Shown piece after piece: positions 1-13,454 of a stretch of 64,000 bases of DNA; the first letter of the stretch is position 1; each line of letters begins with the position of its first letter. The stretch is taken from the NCBI RefSeq assembly GCF_001194135.2, contig NC_068994.1, forward strand, positions 48,327,852 through 48,391,851. The letters run 5' to 3'. A program made the position numbers and the translations under genes. The notes under the pieces were generated by a model. That model made no database searches. It was not told the origin of the DNA and saw nothing but the letters and a program-made list of their open reading frames with translations. The DNA comes from Octopus bimaculoides (taxonomy: Eukaryota).

Positions 1-227
1 ATAGACAACTGTATGTTGGCTGCTCAAGAGTGGGCAGCAACAAAAAACCTATTTGTATATGCTCTACAAGGGAAAACAAGGAACATAGTTTACAATGAGG
101 TGTTATAATCACAACAGCAAGAAAGTATGTACATGATCATGTTCTTTTACGAAACTTCATTGACTTCCATATATTTATATTGATATACATATATATACGT
201 GTGTTTGGGTGCGTGTGTGTATATACA

Positions 228-318
228 TCTCTATATATAAAGATGATGCGTAGTCTAGATGGCGTTTTTAGATTTCATTATTCTCTTTAACCCGGGCAAC
301 GCCGGGTATTTCTGCTAG
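228..318 (+). mobile_element. Minimal non-autonomous Helitron (91 bp)
   Basis: Begins TC after an A; ends CTAG before a T; GC-rich hairpin acccgggcaacgccgggt 7 nt upstream of CTAG. These are the canonical Helitron terminal features. Confidence 0.7.
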
Positions 319-893
319 TATATAATAATACAGGTAGTTAGTGAGCCAAAAAACCAGAAGGCAAATATATAAACAAGGGTACTAGAGGGCACTAGTTTCA
401 CTAAAAATAGTAGTCAAAAGTGACTCAGTAAGCTACAAGCACTGGAAGTTAACAGGCTGACAAAATTGGAGGAGTGAGGAAATAGCCAACATACCAAAGT
501 GAGGTACAATCGCAAAAGAAATTGCAGATTTACCCATATCATGTGATTTCGAACTCTGAGATAATTCTCATAGTCCTCCTCAGTGGGTCGTGCTGCCTGG
601 GGCTAAATGGTTACTTGCCTTGTATAAGCTTGTTGAAACCATTGAGATAGGCACACACATGCACTTACATTTAAGTTTAGCAAAGAATGTGTAAAAAGAA
701 GAATTTAATGTTGAGTAATTGGTTCAATAATAATACATTTAATGAAGGGATGCAGAAATATTAATTGAACTTTAAAGTTAATTTTGGTTATGTTGCCCCC
801 CCCTCCCCTCTTGTGTTTGGTAATTGATCTATTTGGTATATTAAAAAGACATTAAAAAAAAAAGTCAAATGTCCGATTGTTTGAAATTTTCAG

Positions 894-1031
894 ACTGTCT
901 TTGAATTTTCACATCATGAATATGAGAAACAGTTGCTCCATCTAGTGGCAATTCGCAACCAGAAGTCTGCATTGATCATCAGTAATGCTGAGCAGTCAAT
1001 GTTCCTGTTTGTGGATAGACATGTTATTCAA
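894..1031 (+). CDS. C6orf62: C6orf62 (XTP12) homologue, internal coding exon (TVFEFSHHEYEKQLLHLVAIRNQKSALIISNAEQSMFLFVDRHVIQ); earlier exons lie upstream of the window
   Basis: ttttcag|ACT acceptor and CAA|gtatgt donor; 138 nt, phase 0/0. Peptide aligns to my recalled human C6orf62 segment AKFEFHHGDYEKQFLHVL...NPNQSVFLFIDRQHLQ. Confidence 0.88.
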
Positions 1032-2044
1032 GTATGTATTGCACAAGTTTATTTCCTTTCTCTTTTATATATCTCCAGCTACTTAACTCTTAGTATTCAC
1101 CTGTTGTAAAATGACTTCATTTCAGAAGGTTTTTATGCAGGTCATTCATATTGTGTTATTCTGGTGTGGTGGTAGTGGATGAGAGAGATTTTTTTTATTT
1201 GTAACAAAGGCTACAGTGTGACCAAGATTTCCGAGTTGACACTGTTGGCTGAAGAAATATTTTAGTTTGATTGTCTCAATATATGAGAAGTTATTTTTAA
1301 TAAGATTATGATGTTTTGAACTCTTAAGAAATTTTTCAATATTTATATATTTATATCTGCTTTTCAATTGTTTTCATCTCCACTTGTCATCAGGTGTCTT
1401 AGTCCTAAATATATATTGTACTGAATAAAGATATAAAAATATAAATCTCCTTCCTAAGACTCAGGGCTGGTTTTCTGGATTCCCCCACTGAATGGGATGC
1501 CAGTCTGTTGCAGGAATACTACTTTTTGCCAGCTTAGTGGACTGGAGCAATGTGAAATGAAGTATTTTGCTCAAGAACACAGTGCATCAACCAGTCCAGC
1601 AATCAAAGCCACAATCTTAGGATTAGGAATCCATCACCCTAATCAAGCCATGTTGTTCTGTAATGGAATTCCAAATTAGAGAGAACTACTATAAAGCTAG
1701 CAAATCAGAGAAGCAATACATATAATAACTCATAATGCATACAGTTTAGTAAGCTCAACAGTGATACCTGTTCAGAATGGCTCTCATTACTGTTTGATGA
1801 ATATGATTAACTTAAAATGGCCTTTCTTCTTTTTCCAGTTTACTAAAAGAAGTCCTGATCAAGCACTAGTGTTGATATAATTAACTATACCCTTATCACT
1901 AACGTTGCATCCTTGTATCTAAGTTACGAGTCACTTGCATATTGCTTGATTTAATTAGTAGTTTTCTGCACCCCTGCCAATTTAACTTGAATCTGTTAGA
2001 TATCACTGTTAGAATAAAGTATTATTATTGCATTTCCTTTTCCT

Positions 2045-2695
2045 CTTTACGTTTTGAGTTCAAATTTTGATGAGGCTGACTTTGCCTTTCATCCTTTTGA
2101 AGTTGATAAAATAAGTTGAGCACTGGGGTTGATGTAATTGACTAGCCTCATCCCCCAAAATTTCAGGCCTTGTACCTTTAGTAGAAAGAATTATTAATAT
2201 TATAAGGTTAGGGGATCGGCAGACTTGTTAGAGTTAGACAAAATATCTTGCAATATTTTTACCTTTTTAGTTAAAATCCTGCTGAGGTCAACTTTATTTT
2301 TCATTCCTCTGGGGTACCAGTTAAGTATTGGGGTTGATGTTATTGACTAAAATTGCTAGCCTCGCGCCTAAATTAAGATCAGTAAGGGCAGTGAAATAAT
2401 TAGCGTTGGACAAATTGTTTTGCAGTGATAGATCTTTATATCCCAAATTCCAATTCCACTAGAGTCGGTAAAACACTGTTCATGTATCGGGGGTGATTTA
2501 ATCAACTGACCTATTGCTTGCTTGTGTCAAAAACAGACAAATTGCTTAGAATCATTTCTTCTGGCTTTACGTTCTGAGTTCAAATCCTGCTGAGGTCATC
2601 TTTGCTTTTCGTCCTTTTGGCGTCAAAAAAAAAAATACTACCAGCCAAGTACTAGGGTTGATGCAATCTACTAACCTCTACCTCTGAAATTGTTT
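2045..2695 (+). mobile_element. Four head-to-tail diverged copies of SINE-like family A in a C6orf62 intron
   Basis: Recurrent core ttctgagttcaaat..gaggtc.actttgcctttcatcc..gataaa..agtaccagt..ggggttgatg; boundaries approximate. Confidence 0.75.
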
Positions 2696-2744
2696 ATTAT
2701 TATTATAATTATTATTATTATTATTATTTTTTTCTTTTTTTTAG

Positions 2745-2804
2745 ACCAGCAGCACCCAAGTAGTAATTTTCAAACTATGTAGCCTCTGTCTCTACATACC
2801 ACAA
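2745..2804 (+). CDS. C6orf62: C6orf62 homologue, penultimate coding exon (TSSTQVVIFKLCSLCLYIPQ)
   Basis: T-rich tract, tag|ACC acceptor and CAA|gtaagt donor; 60 nt, phase 0/0. Matches recalled human ATIFKLCSICLYLPQ. Confidence 0.88.
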
Positions 2805-3963
2805 GTAAGTGACTATATTTGCTTCTTTGCTTTTATTTTGTTGATAGTTCCATTCTTGAGTTGAAGACATTTTAACTGCTTTCAATATCCACCCCATATT
2901 CTTCATGTCAAAGGATAGAAGACAAATAGTCTATTACTCCCTTGTTCATTCTTCCATTACTCTTTTGCATCGGGTCCCTCTTTGTCCAGCACTATGGACG
3001 TAGAGGGACAACACAGGGAAAACAAGTCTCTCTTTAGCTAAGCTGTGGATGAGACAATTCAGTGGTACTGGGTGAAGGACAGAGACACTGTATGGTAGAA
3101 AGGATACTCTGGACTTTGAAGACACAACTAATACTGGTGCCATGCTAAAATGTATCCACTTTACAATGTAAAATAATTGATAACAGCTATAGGAACCATG
3201 CCAGAGATGAAGCAAAAGAATATGGTTTCCAACCCATCCATGAAAGCAGTAACTCCAAACTTGGAATAAGACAACTCATGTCAGTAGGGAAAAGAGTGAT
3301 GATAATTTGTCTACATTTGTGCATACTCACACAAATGTGTGTGTATATCAGAGTGTATGTATGTATGTGCACATGTATATATGTGTGGGCTATTATGCAT
3401 GTTTGTAGCAATTGCTCATGTTTTGCACCTATAAAGCAGCAGTATTACACATGTAGGGTTGAAGAGATTGAGTTATGTGTTGATTGGAAGGATAGGATTT
3501 TCCCATGCATGTTTCAATTTCCAGAATGTACACGACCAGGCTAGTGCTCTTCATACATTTCCTCTCATTGAATGTCAGTGTACATCCAAGATATCTGAAT
3601 TCATTGATCTTCATTTCTTCATAATCGATTAACAGTGGAAGGTGCAGTTCAGACGATTGTTTACTGCAGGAGGCATTCTTGATAATTGTTCTTGAGTACA
3701 ATCTCCTTTTGACTCTTGGAGATTGATGTCATCAGTAAATGTTAGGTCATTCAGCTGTATATGTGTGTGTGTGTGTGTGTGTATGTGTGTGTGTGTGTGT
3801 CATCATTTAATGTCCATTTTCTATGCTGGTGTGAGTTGGACAGTTTGACAGGAGCTGGCAAACCAGAAGACTGCACCAAGCTCCACTGCCTCTTTTGGTG
3901 TAGTTTTTACAGCTGGATACCCTTCCTAACACCAACCACTTTACAGAGTGGACTGGGTGCTTT

Positions 3964-4000
<37 letters not shown>

Positions 4001-5590
4001 CACGCGCGCACACACACACACACACACATACACACGCAGGCACGCAAGAGCGAAAAAGAATATAGTCGTAACTTGCTGAAGACCCAGTGTACTCACAGAA
4101 TTCATAGTAGTAAGAGATTGACTTGACCAAAATAAAATATTAATCTCTACTATGGTATCAATATATATATATATTTTTTACAACAGTCAGTACTAAATAT
4201 ATATATATAAGCCTTTATATATTTATATATTTGATCCTTTATATAGAACACTCAATATTTCATCTACATTCAATACTTTATTTCATGGTGCCATCCATTT
4301 TTATTTTATTTTATTTTATTTTATATTATATATTGTAANNNNNNNNNNNNNNNNNNNNNNNNNNNNNNNNNNNNNNNNNNNNNNNNNNNNNNNNNNNNNN
4401 NNNNNNNNNNNNNNNNNNNNNNNNNNNNNNNNNNNNNNNNNNNNNNNNNNNNNNNNNNNNNNNNNNNNNNNNNNNNNNNNNNNNNNNNNNNNNNNNNNNN
4501 NNNNNNNNNNNNNNNNNNNNNNNNNNNNNNNNNNNNNNNNNNNNNNNNNNNNNNNNNNNNNNNNNNNNNNNNNNNNNNNNNNNNNNNNNNNNNNNNNNNN
4601 NNNNNNNNNNNNNNNNNNNNNNNNNNNNNNNNNNNNNNNNNNNNNNNNNNNNNNNNNNNNNNNNNNNNNNNNNNNNNNNNNNNNNNNNNNNNNNNNNNNN
4701 NNNNNNNNNNNNNNNNNNNNNNNNNNNNNNNNNNNNNNNNNNNNNNNNNNNNNNNNNNNNNNNNNNNNNNNNNNNNNNNNNNNNNNNNNNNNNNNNNNNN
4801 NNNNNNNNNNNNNNNNNNNNNNNNNNNNNNNNNNNNNNNNNNNNNNNNNNNNNNNNNNNNNNNNNNNNNNNNNNNNNNNNNNNNNNNNNNNNNNNNNNNN
4901 NNNNNNNNNNNNNNNNNNNNNNNNNNNNNNNNNNNNNNNNNNNNNNNNNNNNNNNNNNNNNNNNNNNNNNNNNNNNNNNNNNNNNNNNNNNNNNNNNNNN
5001 NNNNNNNNNNNNNNNNNNNNNNNNNNNNNNNNNNNNNNNNNNNNNNNNNNNNNNNNNNNNNNNNNNNNNNNNNNNNNNNNNNNNNNNNNNNNNNNNNNNN
5101 NNNNNNNNNNNNNNNNNNNNNNNNNNNNNNNNNNNNNNNNNNNNNNNNNNNNNNNNNNNNNNNNNNNNNNNNNATATATATAAATTTATTTGCACCTACA
5201 CATTGTGTGTATCCTAGATTTTAGAATAGGTATGCCATATTCATGGTATGCCATATTCATGTCAGGAAGGGTACCTGGCCATAAAACACTGCCTCAGGCC
5301 TGTAAAACCCATGCCAGCATGGAAAAGTAGGCATAAAAATGACAGTAGTGATGCACCCACATTGTCTAAGGGTGTTTGGTTTTTAATATAAAGTTTTTAA
5401 ATTCTGTACTATGCACATGCATAGACAAAATTTTGTTGTAATTTTAAAACTATATTTATATTTGGATATTATTAAATCCATACAAACACCCACACATTTT
5501 AATCATATATATGTATGTACATTTTTAATACATTCTTGTGTTGGTTTAACCAAGTTTTATATTTTCTGCTTTTGTCTTATTTTTCTTCAG

Positions 5591-5653
5591 GACCAACTGA
5601 TGCACTGGGGTCCGGGAGCAGTTGATGAGGTTCTGGCATGTCGCCAGTCATAG
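5591..5653 (+). CDS. C6orf62: C6orf62 homologue, terminal coding exon (DQLMHWGPGAVDEVLACRQS*)
   Basis: ttttcttcag|GAC acceptor, TAG stop at 5651-5653. Matches recalled human EQLTHWAVGTIEDHL; aataaa at about 5721. Confidence 0.85.
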   Translation, partial: DQLMHWGPGAVDEVLACRQS

Positions 5654-6451
5654 ACTGAAGTGTTTCATCGCCACCGTGTCTTGTCAGCACTATAAACTGG
5701 CTCCCGCTTCACATACAAAGAATAAAAAACAATTAACAACAACACCAACAACAACCCCCAGTTCATCTTAAACCTCTCTGCTACTGTACTCCTTTCTGAT
5801 CATTCAGTTGTCTCTTTTTCTCTGATGTGCTGATTTGATATGGTGGTGTGGTGCAGTAAGGTACGGTGTATAGTGCAGTGACATAAAGAAGTACAAAAAA
5901 AGAGCAAAAACAACTATATTAACTAAAACAACATACAAAAAAAAAGACCATATGAAACTTTTTTCATTTCATTGGCTAAAAAAAAAAATGAAAAAAATGA
6001 AACAAATGAAAAAAAAAAAGACTGTTGGACTTTGAAAAAAAATGAAACACTTGAAAATTTCATTAATTTTTTCTGTTTTTTTCTTGGAGTTACATGTTTA
6101 TAAAAGAATTATTTTTTTTTTTCCATTTTGATTTTTCAATTTTTTTCATTTTTAAAACTTTTTTTTGTTTTTTTTAATTTCAAAATGATTGAAGAAGGAA
6201 ATGATTGAATATCAATTGGCAGTTAGATTGGTATTGTTTTGTTGTAGACCTAGTTTTCTGAACTTTTCCTATTTTATAATTATTATTACTTTTATTAGAG
6301 ATTAGTATTAATAGTAATAACTTATTGGTGGCTTTTTGTCAACATAAGAAATTATTATTATGAGCTCTTGGTTAAATTCTATTAAAGCAATTTTACATTT
6401 AAACTGCTTAATTTCCATTGAATAGATACAGATGTATAGAATATTATTTTT

Positions 6452-6677
6452 ATTAAGGCAGTGAGCTGGCAGAATTGTTAGTGTGTCAGACAAATGCTTA
6501 GTAGCATTTCTTCTGGCTGTTTATGTTCTTAGTTCAAATCCTGCCGAGGTCAACTTTGCCTTTTATCCTTTCAAGGTTGATAAAGTACCAGTTAAGTACT
6601 GGGGTTAATGTAATCGACTAATCCCCTTCCCTCTAAAATTGCTGGCCTTGTGCCCAAATCAAAAAGAATTATTATTG
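6452..6677 (+). mobile_element. Near full-length SINE-like family A copy
   Basis: Head aaggcagtgagctggcagaat, family core, tail aaagaattattatt. Confidence 0.8.
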
Positions 6678-7243
6678 TTATAATTTACGACTGCTATATA
6701 GTAAAATGCCATACAGAAAGTTTCGAGTTTCAGTTTCACATCTTAGTTGAAGCGATTCACCACTTAAGCTGCTACTGCTCTTTGAGATTTGCATGGGTGT
6801 CACAGAGTCTCTCATTTCATTTCACTTAGAAGTTATTGAGGCCTTCTGCTTAATTAAGAAATCATTGTTAGAAGTTATATTGTGAAATTAATAATTATGA
6901 GTTAAGTATTAAGTCTTTGTCAGTTGTTTTCAGACCAATAACATTAAATGAAGATAGTCTGAATCCATTGAGAGCCTTCTGCAAATATTGTCTGTATCCT
7001 TCTGTTGATGAAGAACAGTTATTACACTAAGGAAGGATCATGGGTTGGCAGTCAGTTGCTGCTTTGCTTAGTGTTAAAATCCCTCCAAGGTTATCTTTAA
7101 GCATTATTTCTCTGGAGTTGTGATATTTGTATCAGAAATATGCAGGCTTACCTTCAATTCTAGAACTCTCATAGAACACATTGGTGATATATACACACAT
7201 ACATTATGTATGTAATACATATGTATAGAATATATGTATATAT

Positions 7244-7316
<73 letters not shown>

Positions 7317-10300
7317 GTGTTTATATATAAATACATGTGTATGTATGTATACTGTATACTCATATGTATATATGTATGTTTGTATATATATATATAAATT
7401 NNNNNNNNNNNNNNNNNNNNNNNNNNNNNNNNNNNNNNNNNNNNNNNNNNNNNNNNNNNNNNNNNNNNNNNNNNNNNNNNNNNNNNNNNNNNNNNNNNNN
7501 NNNNNNNNNNNNNNNNNNNNNNNNNNNNNNNNNNNNNNNNNNNNNNNNNNNNNNNNNNNNNNNNNNNNNNNNNNNNNNNNNNNNNNNNNNNNNNNNNNNN
7601 NNNNNNNNNNNNNNNNNNNNNNNNNNNNNNNNNNNNNNNNNNNNNNNNNNNNNNNNNNNNNNNNNNNNNNNNNNNNNNNNNNNNNNNNNNNNNNNNNNNN
7701 NNNNNNNNNNNNNNNNNNNNNNNNNNNNNNNNNNNNNNNNNNNNNNNNNNNNNNNNNNNNNNNNNNNNNNNNNNNNNNNNNNNNNNNNNNNNNNNNNNNN
7801 NNNNNNNNNNNNNNNNNNNNNNNNNNNNNNNNNNNNNNNNNNNNTTTTGTGGGCATTCACAGTTCTTTCAATATTTATGTTTATAATTTTTTTTTTGTGT
7901 CAAATAATAATTTAAAACATTTGTTTTGTTTATATAAGGCATAAACAAACCAAGACAATATATAGTTATGAAAATTTTGAGTTATTCTTCAGAAAAAGAA
8001 AACCTAAGTAAATTATGTTTGTGCTCCAGTACTTAGGGTACAAGCACATTCATATTTTTAAGGATAAACACTAAATCAACAAATCCTGGGCAGCCTCATT
8101 CTTTAATTGAAATAAATGATTAAAAACTTTATCAAAATGAAAAGAGTAAATTCAGTGATATTTTTTAGGAAAACTTTTACACATACACACACATCTCTCT
8201 TCAATATATATATATATATATATATATAATGTATTATTTTGTTATTGGTAGGATCAGCAAAAAATGTTTGATCCAGTGGGAGATAAATATCATTTAAATT
8301 ACATAGGATTTAAATTTGAGCTACTATTAGTTTCATGCTGTGAAAAGGCATGTTGGTTGGGCAAGCTTGTATAGCATGCTGTGTGCTTCCAAGCAATCTT
8401 TCAGACTTAAATATACAACATGGCTGTTGCATACGTTGAGTCTGAATGAATGCTTGGAAACACATGGCATGCTATACAAACCTGTCTAACCATTGTGTTT
8501 TCTTAGCAGAATAGTAGCTCATTTAAATCTTGTGTTTATTAAATGAGATGTGTGTGTGTACACACCCATATATATAGATGCATGTATTTAAGATATGGAA
8601 TTTCATTTAAAACTCATTTCTTGCTTCTTTCTCCCTTCTAACAACCTGTGTTATTTCTCACACTCTTAATTGCTACATTTGCTCTCTCTTTCTCTCTCTC
8701 TCTCTCTCTCATATGTACTACACACATAGACAGCAAATTTAAAATATTAGTCAAACATTAAGCTAATAATTTTGCTAACGAAAGAAATGAGAGATATGTT
8801 CTCAGAATTTCCTGTTTGAGTTTGGTGTCGTTTTTATTTTGTCTCTGTTTACCCTCTTTCTTTTCTATAAAGTTAAGAAGTGCCCCTTTATATTAGAATA
8901 TATATTATCAAGAATTAATTGCCTGCTTTTTTTTTAAAAATTTTATTTTTTAAAAATATATCTTAATTTGAATTAAATATGATATTAAATATGATATTAA
9001 ATAAGGTTTCAGACTACCTGTTTATAGGTGGAGCATGTTCAAAATCTGCAAATTTTCTCTTAGTGTCTTTATTGGCGGTTGGTTTGGCATGTAATTTGAC
9101 TTTGCCCCTCAGTTCATCTACTTGTCGTTTGGGGGGAGGGAAGGAGGGAATAGGTAATGTGCTTTTATTGGGAGGAAAAACTTAGCTGTGATACACTTGC
9201 ACCCTATCCCAAGTGGTGGCGGCGGCAATGGGTGAGAGAATTTTTTTCTTCTTTCGTTTGCCTAAAAATCATAAAAATCAGGGCTAATTAATTGCCCAGC
9301 AGCCATTAATAAACTGGTTTTGGACACAATATCAATACAGGTCACTACTAGTATCATCCTAACTTGCGGGTGGAAGGGGACAGGGGCCATGATTAATGCC
9401 AAGGTAACCAGAGCTAAACACACTCATCTCAGAAACACAATCATTTTTGTGATTTTAAAAAGGATTAAGTTCTTCTTTTAATTAAAATTATTTTTTTTAN
9501 NNNNNNNNNNNNNNNNNNNNNNNNNNNNNNNNNNNNNNNNNNNNNNNNNNNNNNNNNNNNNNNNNNNNNNNNNNNNNNNNNNNNNNNNNNNNNNNNNNNN
9601 NNNNNNNNNNNNNNNNNNNNNNNNNNNNNNNNNNNNNNNNNNNNNNNNNNNNNNNNNNNNNNNNNNNNNNNNNNNNNNNNNNNNNNNNNNNNNNNNNNNN
9701 NNNNNNNNNNNNNNNNNNNNNNNNNNNNNNNNNNNNNNNNNNNNNNNNNNNNNNNNNNNNNNNNNNNNNNNNNNNNNNNNNNNNNNNNNNNNNNNNNNNN
9801 NNNNNNNNNNNNNNNNNNNNNNNNNNNNNNNNNNNNNNNNNNNNNNNNNNNNNNNNNNNNNNNNNNNNNNNNNNNNNNNNNNNNNNNNNNNNNNNNNNNN
9901 NNNNNNNNNNNNNNNNNNNNNNNNNNNNNNNNNNNNNNNNNNNNNNNNNNNNNNNNNNNNNNNNNNNNNNNNNNNNNNNNNNNNNNNNNNNNNNNNNNNN
10001 NNNNNNNNNNNNNNNNNNNNNNNNNNNNNNNNNNNNNNNNNNNNNNNNNNNNNNNNNNNNNNNNNNNNNNNNNNNNNNNNNNNNNNNNNNNNNNNNNNNN
10101 NNNNNNNNNNNNNNNNNNNNNNNNNNNNNNNNNNNNNNNNNNNNNNNNNNNNNNNNNNNNNNNNNNNNNNNNNNNNNNNNNNNNNNNNNNNNNNNNNNNN
10201 NATTATGTTTGACATTTTCTGTACTGGACTGAAATACACAGTTGAAATATTGTGTATTGCAGACCTATCCAACCCATGCCAGCATGGCTGGAGTGTAGAA

Positions 10301-13300
10301 AATAGGTTGCAAACTCATGGTATTTTTCAGTTGTAATTTCATTCTCCGTCTTCTTTTTTTTTTTCTTTGTTTTGTTTTTTTGTCCTGTCTTGTCTCATTT
10401 TTTCTTTCTCTCTTACACTGCTTAGTCTCATGTCTCTAACTGGCCTTTCTCTCTACTCACTTAAACTTCCTTGTTTCTCTCTCTCTCTCTCTTTCTCTCA
10501 AGTGGATAATGTACTGTACTACCAGCCAGTTAGTCTTGTCTTTCATAACTAATACAGGTGAGTACATTTCATTGTACATATTGTATGTGTCTGGTCTTCT
10601 GTGTCTCTCTGGGGTAAAACACTCCAAAACTTAAGTTCTTATTTCATTATTTAATGTTTTCCCTCTTGCTGTTTTTGTTGTATGATTTTTAAAAAAAATG
10701 TCTTATTCATTCAGTTTGTTGACTGCTCAAATTTGTGGCCCAACAAAAATTATTATAATCATTATTATTACTTGTGTTAGCATCACCACAAACCTGTTTT
10801 TGCCATTTTTTGGGCAATGCCTATTAAATGTCATTCATGTCTTTTTATTTTATTTTCTCTGACAGTTCTTATAATTGAGTAGAAACAAGTTATTTCTTTA
10901 TAATATGAAGACATTGGAAGAGTTGTCAACATGTTAAATATCAATTTTTAAGTATCATTTGCATATCAACAAAATTACTTTTGTGATAATTTCTTCAGGC
11001 TATTAACTTCATTTTTAATAGTCTAAAGAGTCCTTATCTTCTTAAAAACTGTTAAAATTACTGCTGTGGTATTTTCAATTTTTAGTTTCAACCAAGCTAT
11101 CATTTGACTACTTTTGCAAAGAAATTTAAATGTTAGAGAATTTCTTTTATCTGATGATTATAAGTTTATGCACAATGCTAAGAAGATAAAAAATATCTGA
11201 ACTGATATTGCTACTAAGACTGTGTTGCTAATGACAAAGATTTTTCAATGTGGCAGGTAATATTTTTTCTTCAGAGAAGCTTTCTAGTTTGTTGACTTGA
11301 CGTCTAGTGTATTACTGGTACTTTATTGACCTCAAAAGGGATATAGCTCCTGAGTGATGGAAAATATGTAGCAATGATTTTATTATTATATAGCTACATC
11401 TTGATAAGTTTTCTTAATTTCTTACATTGAAACTAAGACTCATTTGCTGCTAAATTTATATAACAATATTTATGGTTTTCCCTATGATTAAACGTTTTAG
11501 TAATATTTTCTTAACATCAGACATATATTCTTTAAAGGTTGTCAATCCTCTCTTAATTACACGTTGTCATTTGTACCAATACCAACAGGCTGAAATTTAA
11601 TGTCTGGCAACTTACATTTATTGTAAAACATCTTTATTGACTGCTGTTACTGTTGGTTGCCATAAAAGATAAGATTGTGTTATGGCATTTTAATGCACAA
11701 ATGAACATAGCATGATATTTTGCTTTTTTATATAGGCAATCCCTGGGTTACAAATGAATTCCATTCTTGCCTCCATTAATCAAATGCTTGTCTTGGTATG
11801 TAATATTTTACCATAACATCTTAGGCATAATAATTCAGTAATAATAATAATAATAGTAGTATCATAATAAATAAATGTAACTATGGTATTTGTAATTGAG
11901 AGATTTTAGCTATAGAAACTAAAGAACTTAGCTTAAACAGTTTATATAGGGTGGGAAAAAGCTTGTAGCTTTCAGAGCCTTCCATGTGCTTTGTTATTCT
12001 AACTTAGTCCTTTAGAATTATCCCAATCATTGACCAACTATAGCTTCATGCTTTTCTAATGTTTCTTGGTTTTTCACCTCTCTCAAATCACTTTACTCTT
12101 CTCACTTTTATTTCTTTAATGATTGTTTGAGTTTTCCATGATGCATCATCATTGCTTGCAGTATTTACGTGATCTGGTAGCACTGGCATAACAATGTCTT
12201 TCCTTAACTTTAGGGATTGTTGAGAATGCTCAGTGTTTTGATAAATTTTCAAAAATAGTCCACTTGTTTTTGTTATTACCAGCCATTGTATGTAACTTGA
12301 ATTTTTAATATAGCAGGTATTAAAAATGTCAGATCATAATTGTTCATAATCCAGAGACTGCCTGTATATATGTGTGTCTTATTGCAAAGTTTATATACTT
12401 TTTGAGGGGGATTGACTTAATGTTTAAAATTTTGAGTGGCTGTGATAAGTTTGCATTCGATACTTTTGTCATAGTTAGGCATTAGACCATAGGCAAGACT
12501 CTTTCTACTTGTTTCAGTCATTCTGCTTGACTGAAACACTAGTTAATTAAAAAATTGTAAAACAGAAAATCCAAACATTCCTGCTTCAACCCAGTTCACT
12601 CACATTCCATTTGTGAAACCCGTGAAAATTCTCAAAAACATTTAGAGCTTTTGTATCCCTTTGTCATGGTTTACCTCAGGTAAACTTGTTCAATCTTTCG
12701 CTGGCCTAATTGTGCCATGGAATCCTTTGAAAGTTTTTTTTTTTAACCATCGTAGGTGTTGCAGGGAGATTTGAGCTTCTTGGCAGTCCTTTTCAAGATC
12801 TCTTGGGAAGGATGTATTGGAGTGAGTCTTATACGGTTTACTCCAACTCCAATTGAAATACTTCAGCTTGACTCAGTACTGCAAGTTAGTAAGATGTGAA
12901 GAAGTTGTTTAGTATATAGTGCTCCTGCTGTTTGCAGTTATTGGCTGCCTTCACTGATAGTATCTATTGCAACTAGGTGGCAAGCAGTCATATAACTGTA
13001 GGAACACTACTGAATACTTTATTTCCATGTTATTTATCTCAAGCCAACTCAGCCTAGTGGCTTGTATGTATATTCATGTACACAGAAGGAAGAGACCTTG
13101 GTGCTGTTCAGTAATAAAATATTAATTGCACTTAAGCAGTAAGTTTGCTTTTATGTGATGGTGCCTAGTTTCAAGTAGGCAATCTGGTTCATTGACTTAC
13201 GTACCTTGGACACACACATTGCAGTGCTGGTAATTAATCACAATACATATCTTTATCCTTACTTTAATCTTTACTGATGTACTTATTAACTTGGCCATCT

Positions 13301-13454
13301 GTAAACCTTAACATGAAAGGCCATTTTATTGAGTAGAAATGGTTCCTTTGTGTGTGACCCCTAACTTTTAATGGTTCCTAGAGAACAGTGGTTTTTGGGT
13401 TTTTCTATGATTGACTATGGAAATATTTTGTATATTGTTGGAGTAGAATGCAAT

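Noticed and set aside
4326-10272. Long ORFs of 166-289 aa in the track (also at 24036-25088, 26073-26947, 40681-41385, 47971-48710, 50341-50934 and 63174-63763)
   Set aside because: They consist mostly of X residues from N gaps, which contain no stop codons; they are artefacts.
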